Positions 42,094 to 50,804 of a stretch of DNA of 64,000 bases are shown in pieces. The position numbers and the translations under genes were made by a program. Numbering within the stretch: the stretch's first letter is position 1; each line of letters starts with the position of its first letter. The notes under the pieces were generated by a model, which saw only the letters and a program-made list of their open reading frames with translations, was not told the DNA's origin and did not search any database. Source of the DNA: Puniceicoccaceae bacterium (GTDB lineage Bacteria; Verrucomicrobiota; Verrucomicrobiia; Opitutales; JAFGAQ01); assembly GCA_028285755.1 (NCBI GenBank), contig JANQOQ010000006.1:734184-798183 (forward strand), in the 5' to 3' direction.

Positions 42094-43473
42094 ATGTCCG
42101 ACTTTTTTGAGAACTTCAGAGTTTATCTAATCATCTTAACGATTTTGGGAGTGTGTGCCGTAAATGCCGATCAGGACCCCCGACTGCTTGTTTTGACCGA
42201 CATCGGTCAGGATCCGGATGACCTGCAGTCGTTGATCCGCCTGTTGCACTATGCCAATGAATTTGAAATTGAAGGCATCATTGCAACTGCTGACAATAAT
42301 CACGCTCATGAATCAGCAACGATACGGGATGATATTATTCACGAAGCAATCGACCGCTACGCTGAAGTGCTACCCAATCTGCGACTTCATGATTCAGATT
42401 TTCCATCAGCCGAAACCCTTCACACTATCGTGAAACCAGGGAATCCCTGGGGAGGGAGAAATGCAAGTGTCTCGGATACAATTGGACCCGATAGTGATAC
42501 CGAAGGTTCCGAGCACATAATCGAACGCGTTGACGCTTACAAAGGCCAACCGCTGAATATTGCCATCTGGGGCGGTGCATGTGACTTGGCCCAGGCATTA
42601 TGGAAAATCCGCAGAACCCGCTCACCCCGGAAAGTCGAGGAATTCCTGTCTAAAATGCGTGTATTTTCCATCGGTGCCCAGGATTCCACCAATGACTTTG
42701 TGCGCGATTCATTTCCATCGCTTTTCTATGTTTTTGGCTATCGTCGCGAAGGGGGCAGCTTCGATTCCGGTTACCGGGGTTTATTCCTCGGCGGCAATTA
42801 CGATACCCTCAGTAAAGAATGGCTCTATAAGAATATAAAGGCAGATCACGGGCCCCTGGGAGAGCACTACCCGGATCGCGCATGGACGCAGGATAACCCC
42901 CACATGTGTATCAAAGAGGGTGATACCCCTTCATTCTTCTATTTCCTGAATAATGGACTGCACGACCCCACACAGCCCGGTTTCGGGGGCTGGGGAGGAC
43001 GATACGGCCCGGTCGATCATTACTATCAGGATCTCAAGGATACGGTTGACGGCGTAATCAGTTACCGGGCAGCTGTTTGGCGCTGGAGGGAGCACTTTCA
43101 GGCTGATTTTGCAGCAAGAGCGGATTGGGCGGTTAAATCCTACGCGGATGCAAACCACTCGCCAAAAGCGATCTTGAATAGCGATGCCGGCAAAGCGATT
43201 CTAAGAATCACCGGTAAAGCAGGAGAAACGATACGGCTTTCTGCCAAAGGCTCTACAGATCCTGATGGCGACACACTGTCTTACCATTGGTGGGTCTATC
43301 CCGAAGTGAGCGAAATCGAGCTTCCTGTTCAAAATTCGGATCAAGTGGAAGCTTCAATCACCTTTCCGCCGAAAGCAGCTGGCAAATCTGTCCACATCAT
43401 CCTCGAAGTAAGCGACAATGGCACGCCATCCCTGCTGTCCTATCGGCGCTTGATTGTGGATATAGCACCCTGA
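42094..43473 (+). CDS. DUF1593 nucleoside-hydrolase-like protein with C-terminal Ig-like domain
   Basis: 'LTDI..DPDD.QSLIRLL.YANEFEIEG','WGG..LAQAL','EGDTPSF','GWGGR','DFAARADW','DPDGD'. Confidence 0.85.
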   Translation: MSDFFENFRVYLIILTILGVCAVNADQDPRLLVLTDIGQDPDDLQSLIRLLHYANEFEIEGIIATADNNHAHESATIRDDIIHEAIDRYAEVLPNLRLHDSDFPSAETLHTIVKPGNPWGGRNASVSDTIGPDSDTEGSEHIIERVDAYKGQPLNIAIWGGACDLAQALWKIRRTRSPRKVEEFLSKMRVFSIGAQDSTNDFVRDSFPSLFYVFGYRREGGSFDSGYRGLFLGGNYDTLSKEWLYKNIKADHGPLGEHYPDRAWTQDNPHMCIKEGDTPSFFYFLNNGLHDPTQPGFGGWGGRYGPVDHYYQDLKDTVDGVISYRAAVWRWREHFQADFAARADWAVKSYADANHSPKAILNSDAGKAILRITGKAGETIRLSAKGSTDPDGDTLSYHWWVYPEVSEIELPVQNSDQVEASITFPPKAAGKSVHIILEVSDNGTPSLLSYRRLIVDIAP

Positions 43474-43482
43474 AGCTACATA

Positions 43483-44826
43483 TTAGCGCCGCTGCGGATA
43501 ATCCGCCAACATGCCCTCAATGACTGATGCCAACTTGGCCTTTGCTTGCTGCTCGTGATCACTCAGCTTTTCAGTATCCAACCATACTTCCTGCAAGTCG
43601 TATTTACTTATTTTGTAGAAACGCCCATCCAAAAAATACTTGTAATGTTTATCCAGGGCAAAAATCTCCCTGTGAAACTGATCCTTATCCCAGCCCGGTC
43701 GCGGATCATACCAGCAGTAAACCCAGTCCCGCGCATGAGTGGGTTGCCCCAGTAGCTGATCGGCAAAACTCAGGCCATCCGCATCCCAAGCCGAAGGGAC
43801 ACGCTCGCCTGCGAGTGCCGCAAGCGTCGGCAGAAAATCGGAGGGATCAATCAGATTCGTATTGATGCTACCCGCTTCAATCGTACCGCTCCAGCGTGCA
43901 AGCATCGGCACCCGTATCCCCGCCTGTGAGGTCTGATTTTTACCTCCCTGAACCGTCTGACCGTTCATGATCGAGGTCACCTTCCGGTCCGTACCATTAT
44001 CGGAATAAAACAAAATCAAAGTGTCCTCCCCCAGTCCCAGCCCATTAATACCCAGAATCAGTCGCCCGATCAGAATATCCATATATTCCACCATATCCTT
44101 GAAATACTTCAGATCATCATCCAGGCGCATTTCCGGGTTTTTATGCCATATTTCTGAAATGGGCGTAGGATTCACCGGCCAGTGCGGAAGCGCCATCGGA
44201 TAGTAGATGAACATAGGCTCATCCCGGTACTTCCCCATGAATTCCAGTATAAAATCCACGGAAATATCTTCACCATATTTGCCTGCTGCCTCAGAAAACA
44301 GCTCACCGTTTTGCAGGTAGGTCGGGTTTGCATAACGCGAGCCCTTATCCTCCGTATGGAGCGCATGAAACAGTGAATACTCATCAAATCCTGCATCCTC
44401 GGGGTGCATCCCGGTACCCCGTCTTTGTTCCGAGCCTGGATATTCCGGAGGATCATAAGACTGCAGCTGCCACTTACCGGCGATACAGGTTTTATATCCA
44501 AAATCCTGCATCATATGCCCAAAGGTTTTCTCATTGGGGGGCAAGATACCAAAATACAACCAGTTTTTATGATTATACTTACCCGTCATGATCTGCAGCC
44601 GCGTGGGCGTACACAAGGGCGTGGAATACGCATGCGTAAAGCGCATCCCCTCGCTCGCCATTTTATCCAGATTCGGAGTATAATAACTCTCCCCGCCGTA
44701 GCTCCCGATACACTCGATCCCCAGATCATCAGCCATCACAAGCACGATATTAGGCTTACGGGCATTTAAGATCGAAACGCTCAAAAAAAGCAGGGTAATA
44801 ACGAGGGGCTTCACAACAAGAGCCAC
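43483..44826 (-). CDS. Formylglycine-dependent sulfatase (S1 family)
   Basis: Signal peptide; 'PNIVLVMADDLG','CTPTR' (CxPxR),'GKW','PH','SDNG'. Confidence 0.95.
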   Translation of the reverse strand: MALVVKPLVITLLFLSVSILNARKPNIVLVMADDLGIECIGSYGGESYYTPNLDKMASEGMRFTHAYSTPLCTPTRLQIMTGKYNHKNWLYFGILPPNEKTFGHMMQDFGYKTCIAGKWQLQSYDPPEYPGSEQRRGTGMHPEDAGFDEYSLFHALHTEDKGSRYANPTYLQNGELFSEAAGKYGEDISVDFILEFMGKYRDEPMFIYYPMALPHWPVNPTPISEIWHKNPEMRLDDDLKYFKDMVEYMDILIGRLILGINGLGLGEDTLILFYSDNGTDRKVTSIMNGQTVQGGKNQTSQAGIRVPMLARWSGTIEAGSINTNLIDPSDFLPTLAALAGERVPSAWDADGLSFADQLLGQPTHARDWVYCWYDPRPGWDKDQFHREIFALDKHYKYFLDGRFYKISKYDLQEVWLDTEKLSDHEQQAKAKLASVIEGMLADYPQRR

Positions 44827-45176
44827 TCATTAGAGAGATATTGTAAACTTACACAAGGCTATATAAACAAAGGCTTCCGTTACAGTCCTGCAAAAATATG
44901 TGCCTCAGGGGCCAAATAACGCGTTTTTACTTTAGGCCATACCAATTATGCCCATGATGCAGGGCTTATGGTGCGGAATAATCCTGAAATATCCGTTTGG
45001 TTCGAATCGGAATTCAAAACCATCTGCTTAAACCCGAAGATATTGGAAGAGTAACTAACATTATACTCCTGAATTTTCATATGACATTGACTCCCTTAAG
45101 TTTCACTGCCGTTTTAAAGGGATCAAAGTTTATCAATTTTCACCCAATTAATCATTCAAAATAATTAAAATTACCT

Positions 45177-46331
45177 ATGAATAGAAAACTCAAAATGGGC
45201 ATGGTCGGCGGAGGCCGGGGAGCATTTATCGGAGCGGTTCACCGCATGGCTGCAAATTTGGATGGTAAAATTGAATTGGTCGCAGGCTGTTTTTCCTCGG
45301 ATCCCGAAAAATCCAGATTGTCCGGTGAAGATTTCTTTCTGAACCCCTCCCGAGTCTACTCCAGCTATCAGGAAATGGCACAAAAAGAAGCCGCTTTGCC
45401 GGAAGGCGAGCGTATCGATTTTGTTTCGATTGTAGTGCAAAACAATATGCACTTTGCGGTCGCGAAGACCTTTATCGAGGCGGGTTTCCATGTCATTTGC
45501 GATAAACCCATGACTTTCACCGTAGATGAGGCAGTAGAGCTTCGCCAGATCATTAAAAACAGTGGCCAGATTTTTGCTCTAACTCACAATTACACAGGTT
45601 ATCCGATGGTCAAGGAAGCGCGTGAGTGGATCAAGGATGGTAAATTGGGTCAACTCCTGAAAGTGGTCGTTGAATATCCGCAGGGATATGCCACTGAGAG
45701 CATCAACGGTGAAGAAGGGAAAATCGCGAACTGGAGGGCAGATCCTCAAGTAGCCGGTGTATCCAACTGCATGGGCGATATTGGAACCCACGCGCATAAC
45801 CTGGTCAGTTACATCACCGGCCTTGAAGTAGAAGCCATGTGCGCGGAATTGACCGTGTTCATACCCGGGCGTCAGTTGGATGATGACGGTAATGTACTGG
45901 TGAGATACAAAGGCGGGGTCAAAGGCATACTCTACGCGTCCCAGGTATCTGCGGGTGAAGAAAACAACCTGACCATCCGCGTTTTTGGAACCCAGGCATC
46001 ACTCGAATGGAAGCAGGAACATCCGAACGAATTGGCCATGAAATTCGCCAATGCTCCGCGCAAAATTTACCGGAGAGGCAATGACTATGTTGGGGATACT
46101 GCCAATCGCTTTACGCGTATACCATTTGGCCACCCGGAAGCCTTTATCGAGGCATTTGCCAACATCTATCTGGAAGTCGCACGCGCCATCACCGACCGCA
46201 TAAAGGGCGTGGACGCAGGTGACTATGATTTCCCCAATGAGGATGTGGGACTCGACGGCATGCTGTTTGTGGATACTGTGGTTAAGTCTTCCCAATCAGA
46301 CCAAAAGTGGTATCCCTATCCAAGCATGTGA
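45177..46331 (+). CDS. Gfo/Idh/MocA family oxidoreductase
   Basis: 'GMVGGG.GAFIG.VH','CDKP','HNYTGYPMV','GDIGTH','GHPEAFIEAFAN'. Confidence 0.92.
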   Translation: MNRKLKMGMVGGGRGAFIGAVHRMAANLDGKIELVAGCFSSDPEKSRLSGEDFFLNPSRVYSSYQEMAQKEAALPEGERIDFVSIVVQNNMHFAVAKTFIEAGFHVICDKPMTFTVDEAVELRQIIKNSGQIFALTHNYTGYPMVKEAREWIKDGKLGQLLKVVVEYPQGYATESINGEEGKIANWRADPQVAGVSNCMGDIGTHAHNLVSYITGLEVEAMCAELTVFIPGRQLDDDGNVLVRYKGGVKGILYASQVSAGEENNLTIRVFGTQASLEWKQEHPNELAMKFANAPRKIYRRGNDYVGDTANRFTRIPFGHPEAFIEAFANIYLEVARAITDRIKGVDAGDYDFPNEDVGLDGMLFVDTVVKSSQSDQKWYPYPSM

Positions 46332-46378
46332 TGTTGTAAGATTTAGAGACCTTTCCCTAAATACTACATCATCAAAGC

Positions 46379-47377
46379 ATGAAAATTGGAATCATTGGAA
46401 CCGGATTTGTTGCTGAGCTTCATCTCGAAGCGCTCAAGCAAATCGAAACTGCTGAGGTTTCCGCGATAGCAGGCAGAAATACTGTAAGAGCCCATGAGCT
46501 CGCTGAGCCACTTGGTGCCAATGTATACGAACATTGGTTACCGATGTTGGAAAAAGAGGACCTGGACGCAGCATTTATCCTACTCCCACCTCACCTCCAT
46601 GGCGACCTTGAAAGAGCATGCTCCGAACACGTGAAGGGCGTGCTTATTGAAAAACCAATTACCCAATCCCTGGAAACCGCGCATCGCTGCCTGGAGTATT
46701 TCGAGAAGGCCGGGACCATCGTCAGCGTGGCGTATATGAACCGGTACCGGGCGGGCGTTAGCAGGGCAAAGTCACTCTTTAAGTCATCCGGGCCGGGATT
46801 ACTCGCGAACGGTTTTTGGGTTACCCAGATGCCCCCACCTCTGTGGTGGCGAAAATTCGAGCAATCCGGCGGCCAATTCACGGAACAATGCACCCATCTG
46901 GTCGATATCAGCCGATACACCATCGGAGAAATCACTGAAGTCAGCGCCTATCGTATGAATGGCAACATGGAGGAGGTACCCGAATTCAGCGTGGACGATG
47001 CCATGGTCGTAAATGCTAAGTTTGAAAATGGAGCCATTGGCACCTTCGCGACGGGTTGTTTCCCTCTCGGGGGCCATCCGGAAAGTCCGGGCGGGGGCAT
47101 TGGGCTCAGCCTGTCCTCCAGGCAGCACCGCATCACATTTAGCGGCTGGCATATGGACGCTGCCGTTCACTCAGGATCTGAAGACACATTAGAAATACCT
47201 CGCGAAGAGAATATTTTTGCGATTCAGGATCAGGTTTTTCTCGATGCAGTGGCCACCCACGATCCCTCTAAGATACGCTCCAGCTACCGGGATGGAATGA
47301 AAACACTTGCCGTAACCATGGCAGCAACTGATTCTGCCCGAATGAATGATGGAAAGCCCATAAAGGTAAATCTGTAA
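46379..47377 (+). CDS. Gfo/Idh/MocA family oxidoreductase
   Basis: 'IGIIGTG','PP..H','IEKP','SGGQ..EQCTH..D'. Confidence 0.9.
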   Translation: MKIGIIGTGFVAELHLEALKQIETAEVSAIAGRNTVRAHELAEPLGANVYEHWLPMLEKEDLDAAFILLPPHLHGDLERACSEHVKGVLIEKPITQSLETAHRCLEYFEKAGTIVSVAYMNRYRAGVSRAKSLFKSSGPGLLANGFWVTQMPPPLWWRKFEQSGGQFTEQCTHLVDISRYTIGEITEVSAYRMNGNMEEVPEFSVDDAMVVNAKFENGAIGTFATGCFPLGGHPESPGGGIGLSLSSRQHRITFSGWHMDAAVHSGSEDTLEIPREENIFAIQDQVFLDAVATHDPSKIRSSYRDGMKTLAVTMAATDSARMNDGKPIKVNL

Positions 47378-47415
47378 ATTACCCCAAATACTGACTATTA
47401 ATTAAATTCAATTTT

Positions 47416-48180
47416 GTGAATGGAGGAGACTACAATCTGACCCTTGAGCCCCTAACGGGTGCCCGCACTATTCTCGATATCGTACACGAGCAATGCCCCT
47501 TTGATCGCATGCTCGATGTCGGTTGCGGCGAAGGCGCTTTCACTAAAGCAGCCCTGGATAAGGGGATAAAGGAAATCCTTAGCATTGACTATGAGCATTA
47601 TGCAGCGGCGAAACGCCTTTTCCCGAAAGAGCATTACCGACCTGTAGATCTCAATAAGCCATGGGATTTAGGCAAAAAATACGATCTGGCAGTATGCCTG
47701 GAGGTCGCGGAGCACCTACTACCGGAAACTGCCGAAGTATTGATTAAGACCCTCACGCAACATACAGACACCGTGCTGTTTTCGGCGGCCGTTCCTCATC
47801 AACCGGGAGATGATCATATTAACTGCCGGTGGCCGACTTACTGGCAGGCTATTTTTAACCAAAACGGCTACGAGTGTATCGATAATCTCCGACCACTGAT
47901 ACGCAACGATGAATCAGTGCGGCCCTGGTATCGCCAGAATATTTTTATGGCGGTACGCAATGAAAAAACCGCCGGTAAAGAGCCCCGACTCGATAATTAC
48001 ATTATACCCGAAATACAGGATTTAATTCTCCGAAAGCAGTATTACGATACCGTCGATGAAGAGCGGGGAAAACTCGTCAAGGGCAGGGTAAGCTTTTTAA
48101 CGCTCTTCAAAATCTTTTTTAAGGGCATAGGCAACCGGGCCTGGGCATTATTTCGGGTAAAAGTGCTCAAAAAACGCTAA
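47416..48180 (+). CDS. Class I SAM-dependent methyltransferase (glycan-locus type)
   Basis: 'LDVGCGEG','DLAVCLEVAEHL','FSAA.P.Q.G..HIN','WY.QN'; GTG start. Confidence 0.88.
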   Translation: MNGGDYNLTLEPLTGARTILDIVHEQCPFDRMLDVGCGEGAFTKAALDKGIKEILSIDYEHYAAAKRLFPKEHYRPVDLNKPWDLGKKYDLAVCLEVAEHLLPETAEVLIKTLTQHTDTVLFSAAVPHQPGDDHINCRWPTYWQAIFNQNGYECIDNLRPLIRNDESVRPWYRQNIFMAVRNEKTAGKEPRLDNYIIPEIQDLILRKQYYDTVDEERGKLVKGRVSFLTLFKIFFKGIGNRAWALFRVKVLKKR

Positions 48181-49016
48181 TCTTCACCCTCCCACTCATC
48201 GATTTCATATCCGAGCAGCTCATACAGCGCATCATTATGCGGACGATAATGGTCGCGTAACTTATTTAAGGTAGCTGATTTAAGATTAAGTCGTTTTTCC
48301 GAGAATACGCTTTCGAACCACTTTCGATGGAGTGGATACTTACGAAGTTGGTGCTGTTCAATGAGCGACTGATACGTTTTGGGAGTCTCATACTTCCGTT
48401 CGTTTACCCATGGGAAACGGAACTCTGGATCTACACCGATAAATTCACACACCTTGGCAAGCGTTTCACGGGGTTGTTTCAATGTATCCCGTTCATAGAT
48501 GAGTATGAGCATCCTCTCCTTCTCGATCAATGAATACCAGGCCTCAATTTGCTCGGCATAGTACCCACGCTCTAATACGCCCAGATTACTCAGTGCGGCC
48601 TCGTATTTGCGCTCAAAAAGCCTATCTATTGGGATAGTCAGCGGCAAACGGCGGGTCCGAATGGAGTGAATGAGACCCGAACGCGCACGATCTACGGGAT
48701 TCCTGAGCACGACAATATACTTTGCATCGGGGAATTGTCGGTTAAGGTCTTCGTGGACATTCGGGTTATGCCCCTCCCCCGCCTGAGCATTCGCCCAGAG
48801 ATATTCCGGCGTCTTTTCGCCGATAGCCCGACACCCGGCTCCCTCCCTGAAATGAGCCGCATACCAATCGATGCCTTTTTGCAAATTATAAGCTTTATCA
48901 AAGTAATGCACCTCATTCGGATGCATATATATGTCCTTGTGCTCTGAAAGATTTCTCCACAGCCAGGTAGTCCCTGATTTCTGCGCACCCAGAATAAAGA
49001 AATTTGGCAAAATCAT
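48177..49016 (-). CDS. PAPS-dependent sulfotransferase (NDST/HS3ST-like family)
   Basis: 'PNFFILGAQKSGTTWL','EVHYFD','GIDWY','GEKTPEY','LRNPVDRA.S'. Confidence 0.92.
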   Translation of the reverse strand: MILPNFFILGAQKSGTTWLWRNLSEHKDIYMHPNEVHYFDKAYNLQKGIDWYAAHFREGAGCRAIGEKTPEYLWANAQAGEGHNPNVHEDLNRQFPDAKYIVVLRNPVDRARSGLIHSIRTRRLPLTIPIDRLFERKYEAALSNLGVLERGYYAEQIEAWYSLIEKERMLILIYERDTLKQPRETLAKVCEFIGVDPEFRFPWVNERKYETPKTYQSLIEQHQLRKYPLHRKWFESVFSEKRLNLKSATLNKLRDHYRPHNDALYELLGYEIDEWEGED

Positions 49017-49019
49017 TGT

Positions 49020-50516
49020 CTATGGGTATAGGAAGTGGAAATCGTGCTCTACTTTAAAGCCTTTTTGTTTAAGCAAGTGCCCGATTACATGCCGGGCAAC
49101 AGATGTGATGAGTATAAAAGGCTTATTACCGGAACCCCTCAGCTTCTCATCCGGGTGAAATATAGGTCTGTCGTGTAATTGTTTGCCTACCTTGCCTTGA
49201 TCCGAATCCAAATAGGCAAAATCAGTAAATCCATAGCGAAGCAGCAACTCGCCCATCATCTCACCCGCTAAGCCAGCACCCCAAAGAAAAATCTCCCGCC
49301 CCTCAATGTCCGACATAAGTGCCTTCAACGGACGCCCTAACAGCGAACTCAACGCTAACCTTTCAAGCGGCGCGTGTACTCGCTGATCCTTCGATACAGC
49401 TGGAGAATGGTTTTGCAGGAAAGCATACAAATCATCCCGATAATGTTCAAAGCGATACCGCTTTTCATACTCATCGAGAGCCGCCTGCGACATGACTTCG
49501 AGATTCGAACCAATGCGATTCAACGCAGCAGGAATTTCCGTATGCTGGTCAATACATTCTCCACATCCCGGCTGTTCAATCGCCTCACGAAAGTCCGGGT
49601 AACCATTAGTGAGCACGGGCAGACCATGCTTCAGGTAATTCACAATTCGCCCCGAAGAAAAACCGGCTGTTTCCCGATTGATCATGTTTTGGCCATTGAG
49701 CCAGGCATAACCAGCGTCAGCCCCTGCTAGAATATCATCTGCCTCGCCTAACTCATCAAAAAACTCATTGGTAAAAAACACGCGCTCGTAACCATTGGTG
49801 ATAACCAGACTTTCGAGTTCATCCCGGTAAGCCATACCTCGCTCACCGTGAATAAGCAGGCACCAATCTTTGACGCCCTGAATTTGCAGCATAATCTCAT
49901 CCAGCTTATCCGATTTATACGGAAGTCCCAGATGAACCAGAATCCTAAAGTCTTCAGGTATTTTATAGCGTTGATGACAGTATGGGGTGCGTTTTTTTTG
50001 CCCTTCACCAGCGTGAACAAGTGGCAGTATAAATACCGATCGATCATATTCCGGATGGACCTCCCTGAAGATACGCGCCCGCGTCTCTGATTGGATGATC
50101 AACCCAGTAGTATCGGGCAATAGCTGCGACTCTATCCAGGGCAGCTCACGGCTTTCATGACCTGCTGCAATGTAGAAAGGGTCATCGAGATTATAAAGCT
50201 CACAGGAATAGTAGATCGGTTGCGCATCGGGAAACAGGCATTTACACAATTTCAGTCCAAAGGGATCAAACGCAACCATGTGATCATAGGGAATACCTTC
50301 GACCGAGAAACGACTTAGGTAATCATAAGAATCATTGCGAAAATCAAAGTGGCGGAACGGGTATAAGCGGTAAGTTCGGGTATAATCATCGCGGCCTCGC
50401 GTCATATATACATCCACATCACTCTGAGCCGCAACCAGATGGGTAAAGGACAAGTGCGCCGGGTGATACCTTAATGACCTGTTATCGCAAAAAACCGCTA
50501 TCCTGGGGCTATCCAT
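49020..50516 (-). CDS. GT4-like glycosyltransferase with C-terminal Rossmann-like domain
   Basis: 'ADAGYAW','SSGRIVNYLKHGLPV'; C-terminal 'FLWGAGLAG...LDSD..K.G'; paralogue of 31230-32780. Confidence 0.78.
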   Translation of the reverse strand: MDSPRIAVFCDNRSLRYHPAHLSFTHLVAAQSDVDVYMTRGRDDYTRTYRLYPFRHFDFRNDSYDYLSRFSVEGIPYDHMVAFDPFGLKLCKCLFPDAQPIYYSCELYNLDDPFYIAAGHESRELPWIESQLLPDTTGLIIQSETRARIFREVHPEYDRSVFILPLVHAGEGQKKRTPYCHQRYKIPEDFRILVHLGLPYKSDKLDEIMLQIQGVKDWCLLIHGERGMAYRDELESLVITNGYERVFFTNEFFDELGEADDILAGADAGYAWLNGQNMINRETAGFSSGRIVNYLKHGLPVLTNGYPDFREAIEQPGCGECIDQHTEIPAALNRIGSNLEVMSQAALDEYEKRYRFEHYRDDLYAFLQNHSPAVSKDQRVHAPLERLALSSLLGRPLKALMSDIEGREIFLWGAGLAGEMMGELLLRYGFTDFAYLDSDQGKVGKQLHDRPIFHPDEKLRGSGNKPFILITSVARHVIGHLLKQKGFKVEHDFHFLYP

Positions 50517-50736
50517 ATTACCTGAAGCTTAGCTAAAGCTCTCAGGTAATACATTAGGTGAATAATGCGCCTCGAAATCAAGGGTTATATCTCAGGATAT
50601 TGGGATTTTCATTCTCTCAGATATACGCTTTCAGGCGCTTATCTCACAATCGCAACCCCTCCATATTAGTCAAAAAAACCCAAAACACTTACTCTGGGCC
50701 TATTACCGATAAAGCGGAAATTCGACTGACTTTCAG

Positions 50737-50772
50737 AAAAAATAAATGCAGGGCTCTCAGGCCCTGCATTTA
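50737..50772 (-). terminator. Intrinsic terminator of TBDR-1
   Basis: Stem TAAATGCAGGGC/GCCCTGCATTTA with 6-nt loop, T-run on the minus strand. Confidence 0.85.
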
Positions 50773-50804
50773 CTCTGGCTTTGTAGTTAAAAGCTCTGTG
50801 GTTG

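Noticed and set aside
44842-44853. TGTAAACTTACA near-palindrome upstream of the sulfatase
   Set aside because: Short, single copy, no cognate regulator in the window
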